A DNA stretch of 64,000 bases, taken from positions 1,612,001 to 1,676,000 of the forward strand of contig OZ320323.1 in the NCBI GenBank assembly GCA_976226885.1, in the 5' to 3' direction. This DNA comes from Iphione sp. A-MEVVRFRX5 (lineage: Eukaryota). This document shows, piece after piece, positions 1 through 10,897 of this stretch. The first letter of the stretch is position 1, and the number at the start of each line of letters is the position of its first letter. Under the pieces are notes generated by a model that was not told the DNA's origin, did no database searches, and worked only from the letters and a program-made list of their open reading frames with translations. Both the position numbers and the translations under genes were made by a program.

Positions 1-699
1 ACTGAGATACCATAACAGGCCATCAACAAGCACACCTACCACGCATGTTTCCCAGTATCCAGCAACACCCACAACCACCCAACATGTCACTCCAAACAAC
101 AGAGTGCAGAAGCGACTAATAAATGATGAACCCTCTGAATATGGGCATACTCAGAGCGTCCCTGAAGCTGGGGGGTTCACCGAGCTGCTCGGTCAGGCCA
201 ACAACATTGTGAATAATGTATACGGCAAACAGTACTATTGAATGGAATCATACCACCAGAACAAGCAAGTTTTTTGATAGGAGTGTTTACAAAGAAATTC
301 TGTAGTAATATTTCTGTGGTACATATAGAGGTGATGTGACTAATTTTCTTTTTTCCAGCCGACAACCTTTAGTACATTCAATTTGGACTCATATTGTTTA
401 CTTGTATTCTAGCCTGTCAATCGGATCAATAAAAATTTCATTCTTGAATGCTACTTTGTCAAACTGCACAATAAATAGGGCATACCAGTGTAAAACAATA
501 GCAACAATGCTTACAAATATGCATCAGTGCCATTATTAACGGTTAAACAAGGAAAACGGATGTTCGGTAATTATTGCACAAAAGGCCCGAATTTACATTT
601 GGAATATCTCAACCAAGTTACAGATAATCGGTTGAACGGATGTTCGGTAAATATTTGGCAAACGCACAAAATTACATTTTGGAATAAAACAACACAGTT

Positions 700-965
700 A
701 TCAAGGTAAGCGGAGAAACGGTTAATCGGTAAAACGGATGTTCAGACGTACGGATAATCAGAGAATAAAAATTTTAAAAAAAATTATTAAAAAAAAAGGA
801 ATACAGACCTGAGAAATATGGCTATTCTCAACACAGTAATCAAGACAAGCGGAGAAACGGTTAATCGGTAAAACGGATGTTCGGATGAACTGATAAATGG
901 AGGAAAAAAAAAAAAAATTAATAACGAAAATGAATACATACCTGAGAAATATGGCTACTCTCTCT
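700..965. repeat. Local imperfect duplications within the Harbinger intron/exon boundary
   Basis: caag..aagcggagaaacggttaatcggtaaaacggatgttc occurs at ~700-745 and ~841-885. cctgagaaatatggcta(t/c)tctc occurs at ~808-830 and 941-962. Confidence 0.75.
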
Positions 966-1291
966 TTAGGGCAAATGATGTGTCTGTTCCGCGGCCTCCT
1001 CTTCAGGTACGGTGTCAATCGGTGAACGACCTTGTTGAACTGGGGAATGGTCAGGCGAAAGTAGCCTCTAAAGGCCTCATTCCAGTGAAGAAAATCTTGA
1101 ATCAAGGTATGGAAAGCCCCCAAGATGTTCCGCTTCTCGATGATGGGGTCTTGCCAGTACTGATGTTTCCTCTTTTCGTTAGCAACTTCTTCCACTGTTT
1201 TCATGACAGTTGGACTGTAAAACAAGGTGTACGCTTGTTCGAAAGCCTGGAATATCACAGACGTAAGGACCAACTCCTGTGGAGTCAACAT
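942..1291 (-). pseudogene. Harbinger transposase N-terminal exon (HARBI1-like helix-turn-helix region)
   Basis: MLTPQ...FRGYFRLTIPQFNKVVHRLTPYLK...ICPKERVAIFLR matches the F..FRM...F..L...L.P.L...P.ERLAI.LR pattern. It ends at an AG|GTATGT splice donor at 942/941. No DDE exons were found downstream. Confidence 0.7.
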
Positions 1292-1719
1292 CGTGACGGA
1301 GATACGGATAATTGGGCCAAAAAACGTCCGAAGAGGGTGAATTCTTCTGTCAAAGTGGTGGTTGGCGCTAAAATTTGGCGGGTTTATAAACATCCATTAC
1401 TAGGGACTGCGTCACTTCCGTGGGAGTCCCCGGGGTTTCCCCAAGTGCAAACGCACTCAAACGCACGGACGCTACCGCATGTAAGGAACACCCCTGTGCG
1501 GCGGTCTGCAGCAGTGTACGGAGAAAAGGTGCAAAAACCAATTAGCACCCCGTCGATGCGTTTACCGCACTGAAACTCACACGCATACCAAAGCATGTCG
1601 CCGCATGTATGGAAACCGGGCCTAAGTGGAGGATTATCCCCCTAACTTAGTTTTCCCTGATCGTCATCTAGAGTAGTTGGATGTCTAGCAACTCACGTAA
1701 GCACCTCTCTCTGCAGAAA

Positions 1720-3290
1720 ACATATCCCCAATTACAAATTTCCACTCAGAGTTCCACCAGATCTTCAGCTTGGACTTTGGGTTTTCCATCAAGGCATTCC
1801 ACGCTCCTAACACTTTGTATCTTAGTGACCCCATGAATTTCGTCTGCTTAGAACGAGGCAATGAATCCTACGTGATGCACCACGCCGGGTGTTAGTAGTC
1901 CTCTTCCAGGGCAGTAGTCTCAGCTTCTGCACCACTGTCAGACCTTTCCTCTCAATGCAGTTGTCCACTTTCTCAATGCCCAAGTGCGAATGCAGTTGCT
2001 TTGTGGACAGAAAAGCGTCCGTCTCAAGCGAGAATCGGGTGCATAAACATCAGTATTCTTGCTGTCAGAGGTAGCACCTTTTTGAGTCTTCCCATCCTCA
2101 GCATCACCGCCCACATTTGCCCAAGCACCTTCCTAGCTACGTCCACACCACTTAACCTGTCTTCAACAGGGTAGCCAAGCAGCTGTAGCATTCTCACATG
2201 TTGCATCGGTTTGTCTTCTATGCTCAAATCTAGGGGGATGCCGCATGCCCCCCCTAGTGTCAGCTACGTGCATTTAGAGGCACTCAATACCAGGCTCTCC
2301 CCGTTACACCAGTTCACAACACCTTTTATTGCACTCATGGCCTTCCTTTGCAGCCCCAGATCATTCAGCATCACTGTCAGGTTGTCTGCGTAAAGGATTG
2401 GTGTTGTCGTGGCTGGTAGTGCCTTCACTTTGCCATTTATTACTAGGTTAAAAGCGCTTGGGCCAAAGGTCAACCCTTGCGGCACACCAAATTTCACCGG
2501 TCGAAGGGGCGAGTCCTCACCTGCACATCTGACAAATTGAGCCCTGTCAGATACATAGCTGTGTACCATTTTCCTTATCTTTGTACTTGTGCCTACGTCC
2601 AGCAGTCTCTCCATTACGCTTGTATGTACATGTTACACCAAATCAAAAGTTTTTATTAGGTCAAACGTGAGGATGCAGATGTATTCCCTCACATTGACTT
2701 GCTGTTGCAGTTTGCATAAAATCGAAGCGATGGCCGTGTCTGTACCTCGGTGTGCCCTAAGACCATGCTGACTCTGGCTCAGATAATCTTTCTGCTCAAC
2801 TATGGAGATAATGCTGTTTACAAACCAGTTCTCACATACTTTGCCCATCAGCGGTAGAATTGAAACTGGCCTGTGGTTTAACACTAGATTGCAGTCCCCT
2901 TATTTGTAGATGGGGACCACCCTGGCTACCTTCCAAGCTTGTGAAAACCCAGCTGACATAGTTGCATAGGTTCAAGAGTACAGGCTTGAGTACTGATGTA
3001 GGTAACCTCTCAATCCCTGACGATTTATTTACATCTATCCTCTCCACCAGTTTCCGTACCTCGATAGGGGTCGGAGGCTTTGTCAAATGTCTCCACATAT
3101 CTTGGTCTGCACGGTGGCAAAGTAACTGTTGGAGATTTCGCAAGCTTTTTAGTTGTTAAAATTGGTTGTGAGATGGCCAGTTCCTCAACAGTTTACCCCA
3201 AATCACCTTTGAATTGTCCACCCATTCTTCACTTGAGGAAATATTTTCTCTTATTTGCCTCACCATAAGTCCAGATCATGTGTTTTTTAT
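1720..3290 (-). pseudogene. CR1/L2-group LINE ORF2 (RT and C-terminus), fragmented
   Basis: ORF pieces 2832-3143, 2633-2884, 2264-2614 and 2024-2227 carry NHRPVSILP, QHGLR, FDLIKTFD, GVPQG, YADN(L). The tail reads LRYKVLGAWNAL. It is closely similar to the RT at 21195-22574. Confidence 0.9.
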
Positions 3291-3329
3291 CTTCCTCAAC
3301 ACATAGTAGAAGCAATGGCAGAAGCAGGA

Positions 3330-3857
3330 TCATATTGACCAACTAAAAGAATCCCTAAACAAACAAAACAGGGAGCTGTCAGTGCTGAAAGACAAAACAA
3401 CCAATCTGAGCATAGCGATGTCGTCTGCTATGGAGGAGATGTCAAAGCAGTGAGGAGGAGTAACCTAGAAAGGAAGCAGGAAATTCTTGACCTGGACATT
3501 AGCACGTTAGAGCTCGAGGATAGAGCAAACAAGTTAATAATTGAGGGCCTGAATGTAAGAAATCTGGAGGATGCTCGAAGCTGCATTGCGGAGATGTTAT
3601 GAGTGGTCCATGGGCGCAACATCTGGGCTATCAGCAAGATTGGGAAGACCTGCACCTTTCGTAAAATGGGGATAGTGCTTAGCTCCAAGCACCTGCGGGA
3701 TTATATCCTTAAAAAGAAAGCCATGCTGGATGGGTATGAAGAGTATAAGAAAATATTTATAAGCGAGGATATACCAGAAAGGGCCCTGGAAATTTGTAAA
3801 CGGCAGCAGAGACTCGCTATGTCCACCAGGAACAAGGGAAAAAGCACGACTGATTGA
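3330..3857 (+). pseudogene. LINE ORF1 fragment (L1-transposase/Tnp22-like RRM-CTD); the only plus-strand element piece recognised
   Basis: LEDRANKLIIEGL...RDYILKKKAML...IFISEDIP matches the CR1/L2 ORF1 pattern (N.II.GL ... I.I.EDL). One internal stop lies near 3600. Confidence 0.65.
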
Positions 3858-4111
3858 ATTGGATTTGTATTTGTACGTCGAAGGAGAAACATATTAATAT
3901 ATAGACATGCTACAAATTGATCTTGATCCGAGGAATTCTTCTACCATCAGAATATACAATGGCCTGATATTTTCTAATGATTCCCCTGGTCTTTCTCTTT
4001 TTGAAGAGTGCATTGTGTCGTTTAATGGTAATACTTACTGGAACATTGGGTTTGAGCTCCACTAGTGCAGGGGCTGGTCATATCGGTGAACAGCTTTGCT
4101 AGTTTTTCCGC

Positions 4112-4413
4112 TCACCCCTGTCGGTCTGGGTGATGGGGCTCAGGAGGAGTTTTCCCCTTGACTGTCCTGATTTTGTCCCAAAGCTCCTTGATGGTGGTCT
4201 TTTCATTGAATGAGGTGCACAATTCCTCCCAGGCTTTGGTCTTTTCCTCTGCGTATACCCGTCTGGCCCACTCCTGTGGTTTCTTGAGGGCTGATAGGGC
4301 AGCCAGGTCCCTGTGGTTGCAGTAATGTCTGGCTAGTCTATTTACTACAGCCATTACATTATGGCATCTGGTGGTGTTATACCACCAGTGGCGATTGTAG
4401 TTCACTTTTGTCC

Positions 4414-4444
<31 letters not shown>

Positions 4445-6600
4445 TTCTCCATAGCTGTTCTGAGGGCATTTGTGAAATGATTTGGGGAGATAGAGTGGCA
4501 GTCTCATATCGAGGCCCCACAAGTTCCTCGTTGATCTGATTGAAATCAGCTCTGTGCATGTTAAGTCTAGTCATGGTCATGTCAATGGAAGAGCCTGATT
4601 GGTGGGTCACTGCACCGCTATTCAGGATAGCAAGTGCTGCAGTGTTAAAGAGTTCCTGGAAGAACTTTGTTCCATTGTAGGAGTCTCTGTTGTTCTGGCC
4701 CCATGTGGAGTGATGTAAGTTGAAGTCACCCATGAGGATGTGCCATTCTTGGCACTCATTCAAGGTCCAGTCCTGAAGCTTGAAGGGGGTACCCACGTGA
4801 TGATAGAAGTTGGATATGGTTATCTCTGTTTGTCGCTTGAGGTGTAAGGTGACTTGGACTTGCTCAGTGGTTGGATTGGGGCTTGTGTGTTGATGTTTGG
4901 TGTGTGAATGGAGTGGAGTTCCTCATGAATGTGGTTAACCCTTGTTTCCCTTCTCCAGCTGTCTCAATGGTTTTGTAGCCTGGTAGTGTAAGTCCTGTGG
5001 ATTGGACTAGGATTTCTTGGACAATGAGAACGTCTTGGGTGTGTCTCACTGCATACTGCAGGATCAGCTCCTTTTGCTTCCTGAAGCCACAGATGTTCCA
5101 GGATACGATCTTGAGTTCTTTGGTTTTGGTTGTGTAGGTCCCATGGTGGGTTTTTAGGATGGGGTGGCCTAGTCTTTGGGGTGGCAGGGGACTGGTTTTT
5201 CTTACCTTCTGTGGGGTCCATGAGAAAATCCTGGCTCATTGTTCCTATAGGTGGGGATACTGCTTAGCTCCCCTAGGAGACCTTGTATCCACTTGGTTGT
5301 GTTGTTGTGATCGGAGTATGTCAATTTATTCAGTGAAGAAGGTCAGGACACGTCTGCTGGAGGCAACCCTGCTCCACATGCAGTTGCAGTCAACTGGGAG
5401 TCAGTGGTTCGCAACCTGTGCATACATCCATGGTGGTGTGTGCCTGCTCTCAGAGGTGTTCCGATGTCATGTCCCTTGATATCTGTTGCCAGGCCTGTGT
5501 TTCTGTTGGCTTGGTATGTGAGCGTCCTGCGGTCCCGGGGCCTGCATCTCTGGCTGGTCTCTGGTTGCAGTCACTGCATCTGCTCTCATCTTTGCTCGAG
5601 TTGGACTCCCTGGGTGGGTTGTATACTGTGTCTGGGGGAGTTTGTGGGGTTGTGGGTTGGAATCCTGACCTCCCTGTGGGTGGAGCCCACTCTGGTGGGG
5701 AAAGGTGTAGGATCTTGCCGTGGTGGGGAGGTGGCCGGTTTGGGGTTGGTGGCTGGTGGACACCATGTAGCAGAGCATCTGGGGTTGTTGGCCTGTTTGT
5801 TGTACCTTGACATTTGTGGAGTGTGGTCCTTTCTTGGCATCTGTTTAATGGCTGGTGGCTGGCTTGCCTGGCGATGAGAGCAGTGTGGTTCCATCGGGGT
5901 GCCATTTGGCCTTCTGCCTACTAAGCAGTTCCATGCTGTACGCCAAGTGGGGCATTTCTTGGAGTTTGCCTGGTGTGGTCCTTGGCATGCCACCCATTTG
6001 TCAGGCAGGGATACTCGGCATTCACGCGTGGGATGTTTGCCTGCGCAACATCCACATCTTGGAGTGGCCTCTTGGCACTTCTCCTGGCAGTGCCCATATT
6101 GCTGGCACTTGTAGCAGCACTGTGGGGTGGCTTTACCCTGCACACGCAATATCCCCCTAGGTCCAGTTTGTCAGTTCCTTGCAGGCTTAGAAGGGTTTCA
6201 ATTTTCATTATCCAGGTGGGCTTGTCTCTGTGATAGACTCGTTCAGCCCTACTGATGGAAGAAGTCTTCTGGCTCGATGTTGGGGTGTACACCCTTGAGC
6301 ATGTACTTGTTTTTCAAGGGTGTGAGCTGGTCCAAGTCTGCCAGGGCCTGAGCAGGCCCCTTAAGTAGGCCCACTCATTCCGTCCATAGAAGACAAAGTA
6401 GTTTCTGTCAGGACAGCATTTGTCTAACACAGGTTGGGGGTAGTCAGGTTCCTCTGTAGCGAAGAAGACTGTGATCACCCTACGGGGCTTCCTTCCCCTC
6501 TTCTTCCTGATGACGGTGGTGAATTCGTTGTCGCTCATCTCCAGGGCAAGGTCTTTTGGTTTCTCTGGTTTCACCCATGGTCCTATTCATTTTCTTATGG
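4112..6600 (-). mobile_element. I/Jockey-group LINE, 5' half only (gag-like ORF1 + APE), frameshifted and 3'-truncated
   Basis: ORF1 has three Cys/His knuckles (CYKCQQYGHCQEKC, CGCCAGKHPTREC, (C)VACQGPHQANSKKC) at 5586-6149. APE motifs: VQE (4864-5049), GDFNLHHSTWG, SSIDMT (4377-4796). No RT follows. Confidence 0.85.
4417..4444. repeat. (GT)14 microsatellite inside the LINE ORF2
   Basis: Perfect GT run read directly from the sequence. Confidence 0.95.
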
Positions 6601-6884
6601 GTCTCTTTATCCTAAACCATTTGCTTTTAAGAGCACATTTGCATGTGTGGCTGATAGTAATTGCTGATGCTTTATATATTCCACTAGTTTTATCTTCAGC
6701 TGTTGTGTATATTCTTTTTTTCACCCACGCATACCTTGCCTATCCTGGTTATCATTCTTTCTACCGGTTTCCTACCCCACGATGTAGTTTTGTTCAACAA
6801 AATGATGCCATAGCTTGTTACTGGCAAAATCAATACCTTTAGGATCATTAGAGTTGTATCAGCTGTCATGTATGCACATGTTCG

Positions 6885-9210
6885 TCAGAGCATATATTTC
6901 TTCTGTTTGAATTTATTGATGAGCCTCATACAATGATTATTGTATGTTAATTTATCATCTATCAATACCCCAAGATAATTATAACACTTATATTGCTCTA
7001 TTTTTTCACCTTTTACTGTGACACCCCCATAATATTCTCCTTCTACCCCTCCTCTTGACGAACACAGCATAAATTTACATTTTCTCACATTTAGTAACAG
7101 CCTGTTAGTCTTACACCAATCGTGCACGGATACCAGTTCACTATTCATTCTCTGCAAGCAGTCCTTCCAGGTTTCTGCTTGGACCACCATGGCTGCATCA
7201 TCTGCATATAGGTACATCTTACTATGGGTACATTGGTTGGGCATATCGTTTATATAATTGAGAAACAATAGTGGTCCAAGCAGACTGCCATGGGGGACGC
7301 CACACACTACTTCTTTAAGACTAGACACTTTAGCGCCTATCTGTACCCTCTGCTTCCTATCTGTGAGATAATGTTTCAGCCATGGTATCCATTTCCCTAG
7401 GCCTAGATTATTTACCTTCATGAGTAGTATATGACGTTGGAGGCTGTCGAACGCTTTGGCAAAACCTAAGTATAATATCCCAACTCTTTTTTGTTTATTT
7501 ATCCCTGTTGCTATTTGCTGTGTCAGGGACATTGTGGCCATCATTGTTGATTTGCCTGATCGAAACCCATATTGGAAGGCAGTGAGTATATTGTTACTCT
7601 CCAAATATCCAATAATTTTACTATATACCAGTCTCTCCAGAACTTTGGATGAACATGGTAGTACACTTACCGGACGATAGTTGCCAGGTGACGATTTTAT
7701 CCCCCCCTTTAAACAATGGCTTAAACCTAGCTATATTCTAGGCCTGTGGAACTATGCCTGTTTCTATCGAGAACCTAACTATATGTGTCAACTGTTTATA
7801 TAGTGTTCTCATGGCTAATTTCTTAACTGCGGTCCTTACATGTTCCATACTGGAGGCCTTATCATCCTTAATTTTGTTAATGGCTTTCAATATCTCAATT
7901 ACAGAAACCTCTGGGAGATCCATGTTCCCCTTTGGTACTATATCCTCTTCAGTCACCATCCCAAGTCTTTCATGAATGTCTTTTCCTATGTTCACAAAGA
8001 ATTCATTTAGCACTTCTACTATGTCTTTGTTAACTGCCGCCTTTCCTTGCCATTCTAGTCTCTGTATATTAACCTCCTCCTTCTTACCCATGATCATATG
8101 CCCTATTGTCCTCCAATACCTCTAGGGGTCACTCATGTTGTCATTTACCAGCTGCTTTAGATAATTTCCCTTATCTTTAATGATAACACCATTTGTGGCC
8201 CTTCTTGTTGCTGTCATTTCTCCCCAATTTCTTTTGCTACCACAGTCAATTGCCTTTTTTAATGTTAGCTGTGATTTTCTCATTGCCCTTCATACATTAT
8301 TATTAATCCACCCCATTAAATCCACCCCATTAATTCCTCTAATTTCCACGTTGTCGAGTACTCTGTACTGGTGCAAGTCTTTCTAGAGCAGATAATATAA
8401 TTCCCTCCCATATTGATACTAAGTCATCTACATTATTCTTTTCATAAAATTGAGACCAGTCTGCTTCTGTCAGGATATTACAGAAACGTTATTTCCTAAC
8501 TTCCGTCTTTAGAGTCACTTCTAATTTCTGCCTCATGAGTTATGGTTCCCTTGATAAGATGGTGATCACTGAGTCCTTTTTTGACTACAGACACGTTTGT
8601 GTCTATTAAGCCCCTTTCAAACCATGGATCTATCAGTGAACCGCTCCCCTGGACCTCTCTGGTATTTCACCTTTACTTGTTGTTTAAGGCCCAATCCGCC
8701 CATAACAGTCATTAGATTTATTGTTACTTTATTCTTTGGGTTGGCCAGCTTTGTTTAGGTCACCTAATACTATTACTTTCTCCTGAATTGCTACCTTCAT
8801 TAGCTCCTCCTCTGTCCATTTAAGCCCTTCTACTATGTCCTCATTTGGGGGGCGATAAATACATAAAAAATGGGTATTATGGGTCCACCTCCATATCATA
8901 GTCTTACATGCAATGCTTCTATGTTGTTGTCATCATGGGTGCACAGTACCTTTATCTCTACCATCTTCTTGTGGTATATGAGAATTCCACCACCTCGCTT
9001 TCTGGTTTTTCTGTCTGCTCAATAACATACATACTCCTCCAAGTTGGTCATTTCTGGTTTGTGTCCCTTTCTTTGTTCCCCTATGTGTCAATATTATCCA
9101 TGTTTTCCCTGCAAATTGTGAAATTTCCACCACCATATACATATGAATAATGATGATATGTTCAGAAATGAATATTAGATTAGCTTTGGTTAGTATAGTT
9201 ACTAACATAT
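6885..9210 (-). pseudogene. CR1/L2-group LINE ORF2 (APE + RT), degraded
   Basis: RT: QYGFR, YLGFAKAFD, GVPHGSLLGP, YADD, YLGV (6885-7604); NYRPVS near 7680; linker 7738-8097; degenerate APE ~8400-9210. Confidence 0.9.
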
Positions 9211-9264
9211 GCAGGAAGATATTTAGGTAGCTGTCCTTTACCTAAACCGGTTACAATATGGGCC

Positions 9265-9503
9265 TCATTGGAGGCCAAACAGCAGATCCTTTGATCTGGA
9301 TGGTTTGCTATGTGAGTGGTCATGGCACTGTATGCATAGTCTTTGCATCATCCTACTAGTGATGTCCCCGCCCGACACATGTTCAATGAATCCCTTAAGG
9401 ACTTTTACCATGTGTATCCGCCCTTTAATATTCAGATGGCAGTCATCTTCCAATTCATTGGTCCTCATAGTAACCCTGCCTGCAGACCTTCTGTGATATA
9501 TAT
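9265..9503 (-). pseudogene. SGNH-hydrolase ORF, C-terminal part (split from 14283-14770 by the Ngaro insertion)
   Basis: YHRRSAGRVTMRTNELEDDCHL contains the block-V D-x-x-H motif. It aligns with GYLTHQRASGRTTVRLHDLEDGCHL at 35920-36126. Confidence 0.8.
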
Positions 9504-9560
9504 ATAACTGATTGACACGTTGACACAGGATTGGCGACAGTCCGGAGGCAACTACCTCCC
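9504..9560. repeat. Split direct repeat B2 (copy of 9878-9934)
   Basis: 57 bp, ataactgattgacacg...ctacctccc, present twice. Confidence 0.95.
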
Positions 9561-9655
9561 TTTATTCTGATTACATGGACAATCAATGGCGATACAGGTG
9601 AACACTGAACAAACATTGGTATGAACACAACAACACAACCAAGGAAAAAAAAAAA

Positions 9656-9880
9656 AGAAAAGAAATCAACTCACTTGGGACACAGTCCCACTACCCAGAC
9701 CTTAGTCTGCCTTCACTCTGTGCTCTCTGAACTGCTACTGACTGGGAGACCTGGGTCCCCTCCCCTGGTGTAGCACTTCCCCACCAGGTGGCCTCACATG
9801 CATAGGGGAGGTGCTGCCTCCCTTGGCTGGCTGCTCAGTTATACTCACCTAAGGGAGTTACCTCCCTTAGCTGCCACATA
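9656..9880. repeat. Split direct repeat A2 (copy of 14072-14296)
   Basis: 225 bp; appears identical to A1 by eye. Confidence 0.95.
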
Positions 9881-9925
9881 ACTGATTGACACGTTGACAC
9901 AGGATTGGCGACAGTCCGGAGGCAA

Positions 9926-10897
9926 CTACCTCCCAAACCCCCCCACGAGGAGATTGGGGAGGGAACTTGCTAGGGCTAACTCCTGGGAGATCCTGGACTC
10001 CATGGGCTTGGCCAGATATAACAGAACTGCGGTTGAGGACCAGTCCCCCCTCGCCATTATATCCTCAAGGGGAACCCCGCAACCATGGAGGAAAGCTGCC
10101 CCCGACCTCCTGAGGGAGTGGGCCCCTAGCCCTGGTAATGGCAACCCGACGGCGGTCCCTAGGGACTTGATGAAACCTAGGAGGTCCCTGTAAAAAAGCG
10201 GTCTGTCCCTGCCATCCCCCCTCCAACTAAACAGTGGAGCCTCTGGGTTGGGACACCCAACCTCCCCTAACATCCTTTCCACCAGCCTTGCTGCACACAA
10301 ACAATAGGGAGCTGTCCTGGCTAGGGGTATCATGAACACCCTTTCCCTAAATTGGATAGTCTTAGAGGACTTAACACTGAGCATCACCCCCCATGGGTAA
10401 AAACACACATCTTTCCTCCGGAGGAAGTGGCCACCGCCCCTGCCTTCCCCCTCTGGGACCAGGTTAGATTTCCTGAGCAACGATCTGAAACCCACCACCA
10501 AACAACACCATAGGCATCTCTCCCTGGGGCTGGAGAGGTCTACCTTTTTGAACATTCTTAATAGGTCTCCCACTGAGAACGTAACCCTAGAGACTTCTGG
10601 GTCCCCCAACTCACGCCGGACCCCCTGTAGGGTAAATTCCACCAGGAATTCCTCCCTAAGGGCACATGGGTACCCGAGGGACTTATGCAGGGATACCACA
10701 CCGGACACATAGTTATTCACTGTCGAGAACTTCTTCCCCTGATTTGCCAGAAAAGCTATGAACCTGCACATATTCCTTGTGGAGCATGGTACTGGCTCCA
10801 CCCCTATCGTGGTGCAGAACTGAAAATACAAACGCCACTGGCTGCTCCTAGTCTTCCACATATTGGGGGCGAATGCTGTCACTCTGTACCTGTCCAC
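9926..10897 (-). CDS. Tyrosine recombinase (Ngaro element 1)
   Basis: Open 323-aa ORF with FRSLLRKSNL, SKT, HSLRRSGA and GDWSSTAVLLY, i.e. the R-K-HxxR-W-Y catalytic set. Confidence 0.93.
   Translation of the reverse strand: MDRYRVTAFAPNMWKTRSSQWRLYFQFCTTIGVEPVPCSTRNMCRFIAFLANQGKKFSTVNNYVSGVVSLHKSLGYPCALREEFLVEFTLQGVRRELGDPEVSRVTFSVGDLLRMFKKVDLSSPRERCLWCCLVVGFRSLLRKSNLVPEGEGRGGGHFLRRKDVCFYPWGVMLSVKSSKTIQFRERVFMIPLARTAPYCLCAARLVERMLGEVGCPNPEAPLFSWRGDGRDRPLFYRDLLGFIKSLGTAVGLPLPGLGAHSLRRSGAAFLHGCGVPLEDIMARGDWSSTAVLLYLAKPMESRISQELALASSLPNLLVGGFGR

Larger units (their letters stand above)
1..1622 (-). mobile_element. PIF/Harbinger DNA transposon, one end plus transposase first exon (probably an internally deleted derivative)
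   Basis: The minus strand starts GGCCCGGTTTCCATACATGCGG at 1622, next to TAA (1623-1625), matching the Harbinger TIR start and TWA target. The interior carries a Harbinger transposase N-terminal exon. The second TIR is not visible in the window. Confidence 0.7.
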
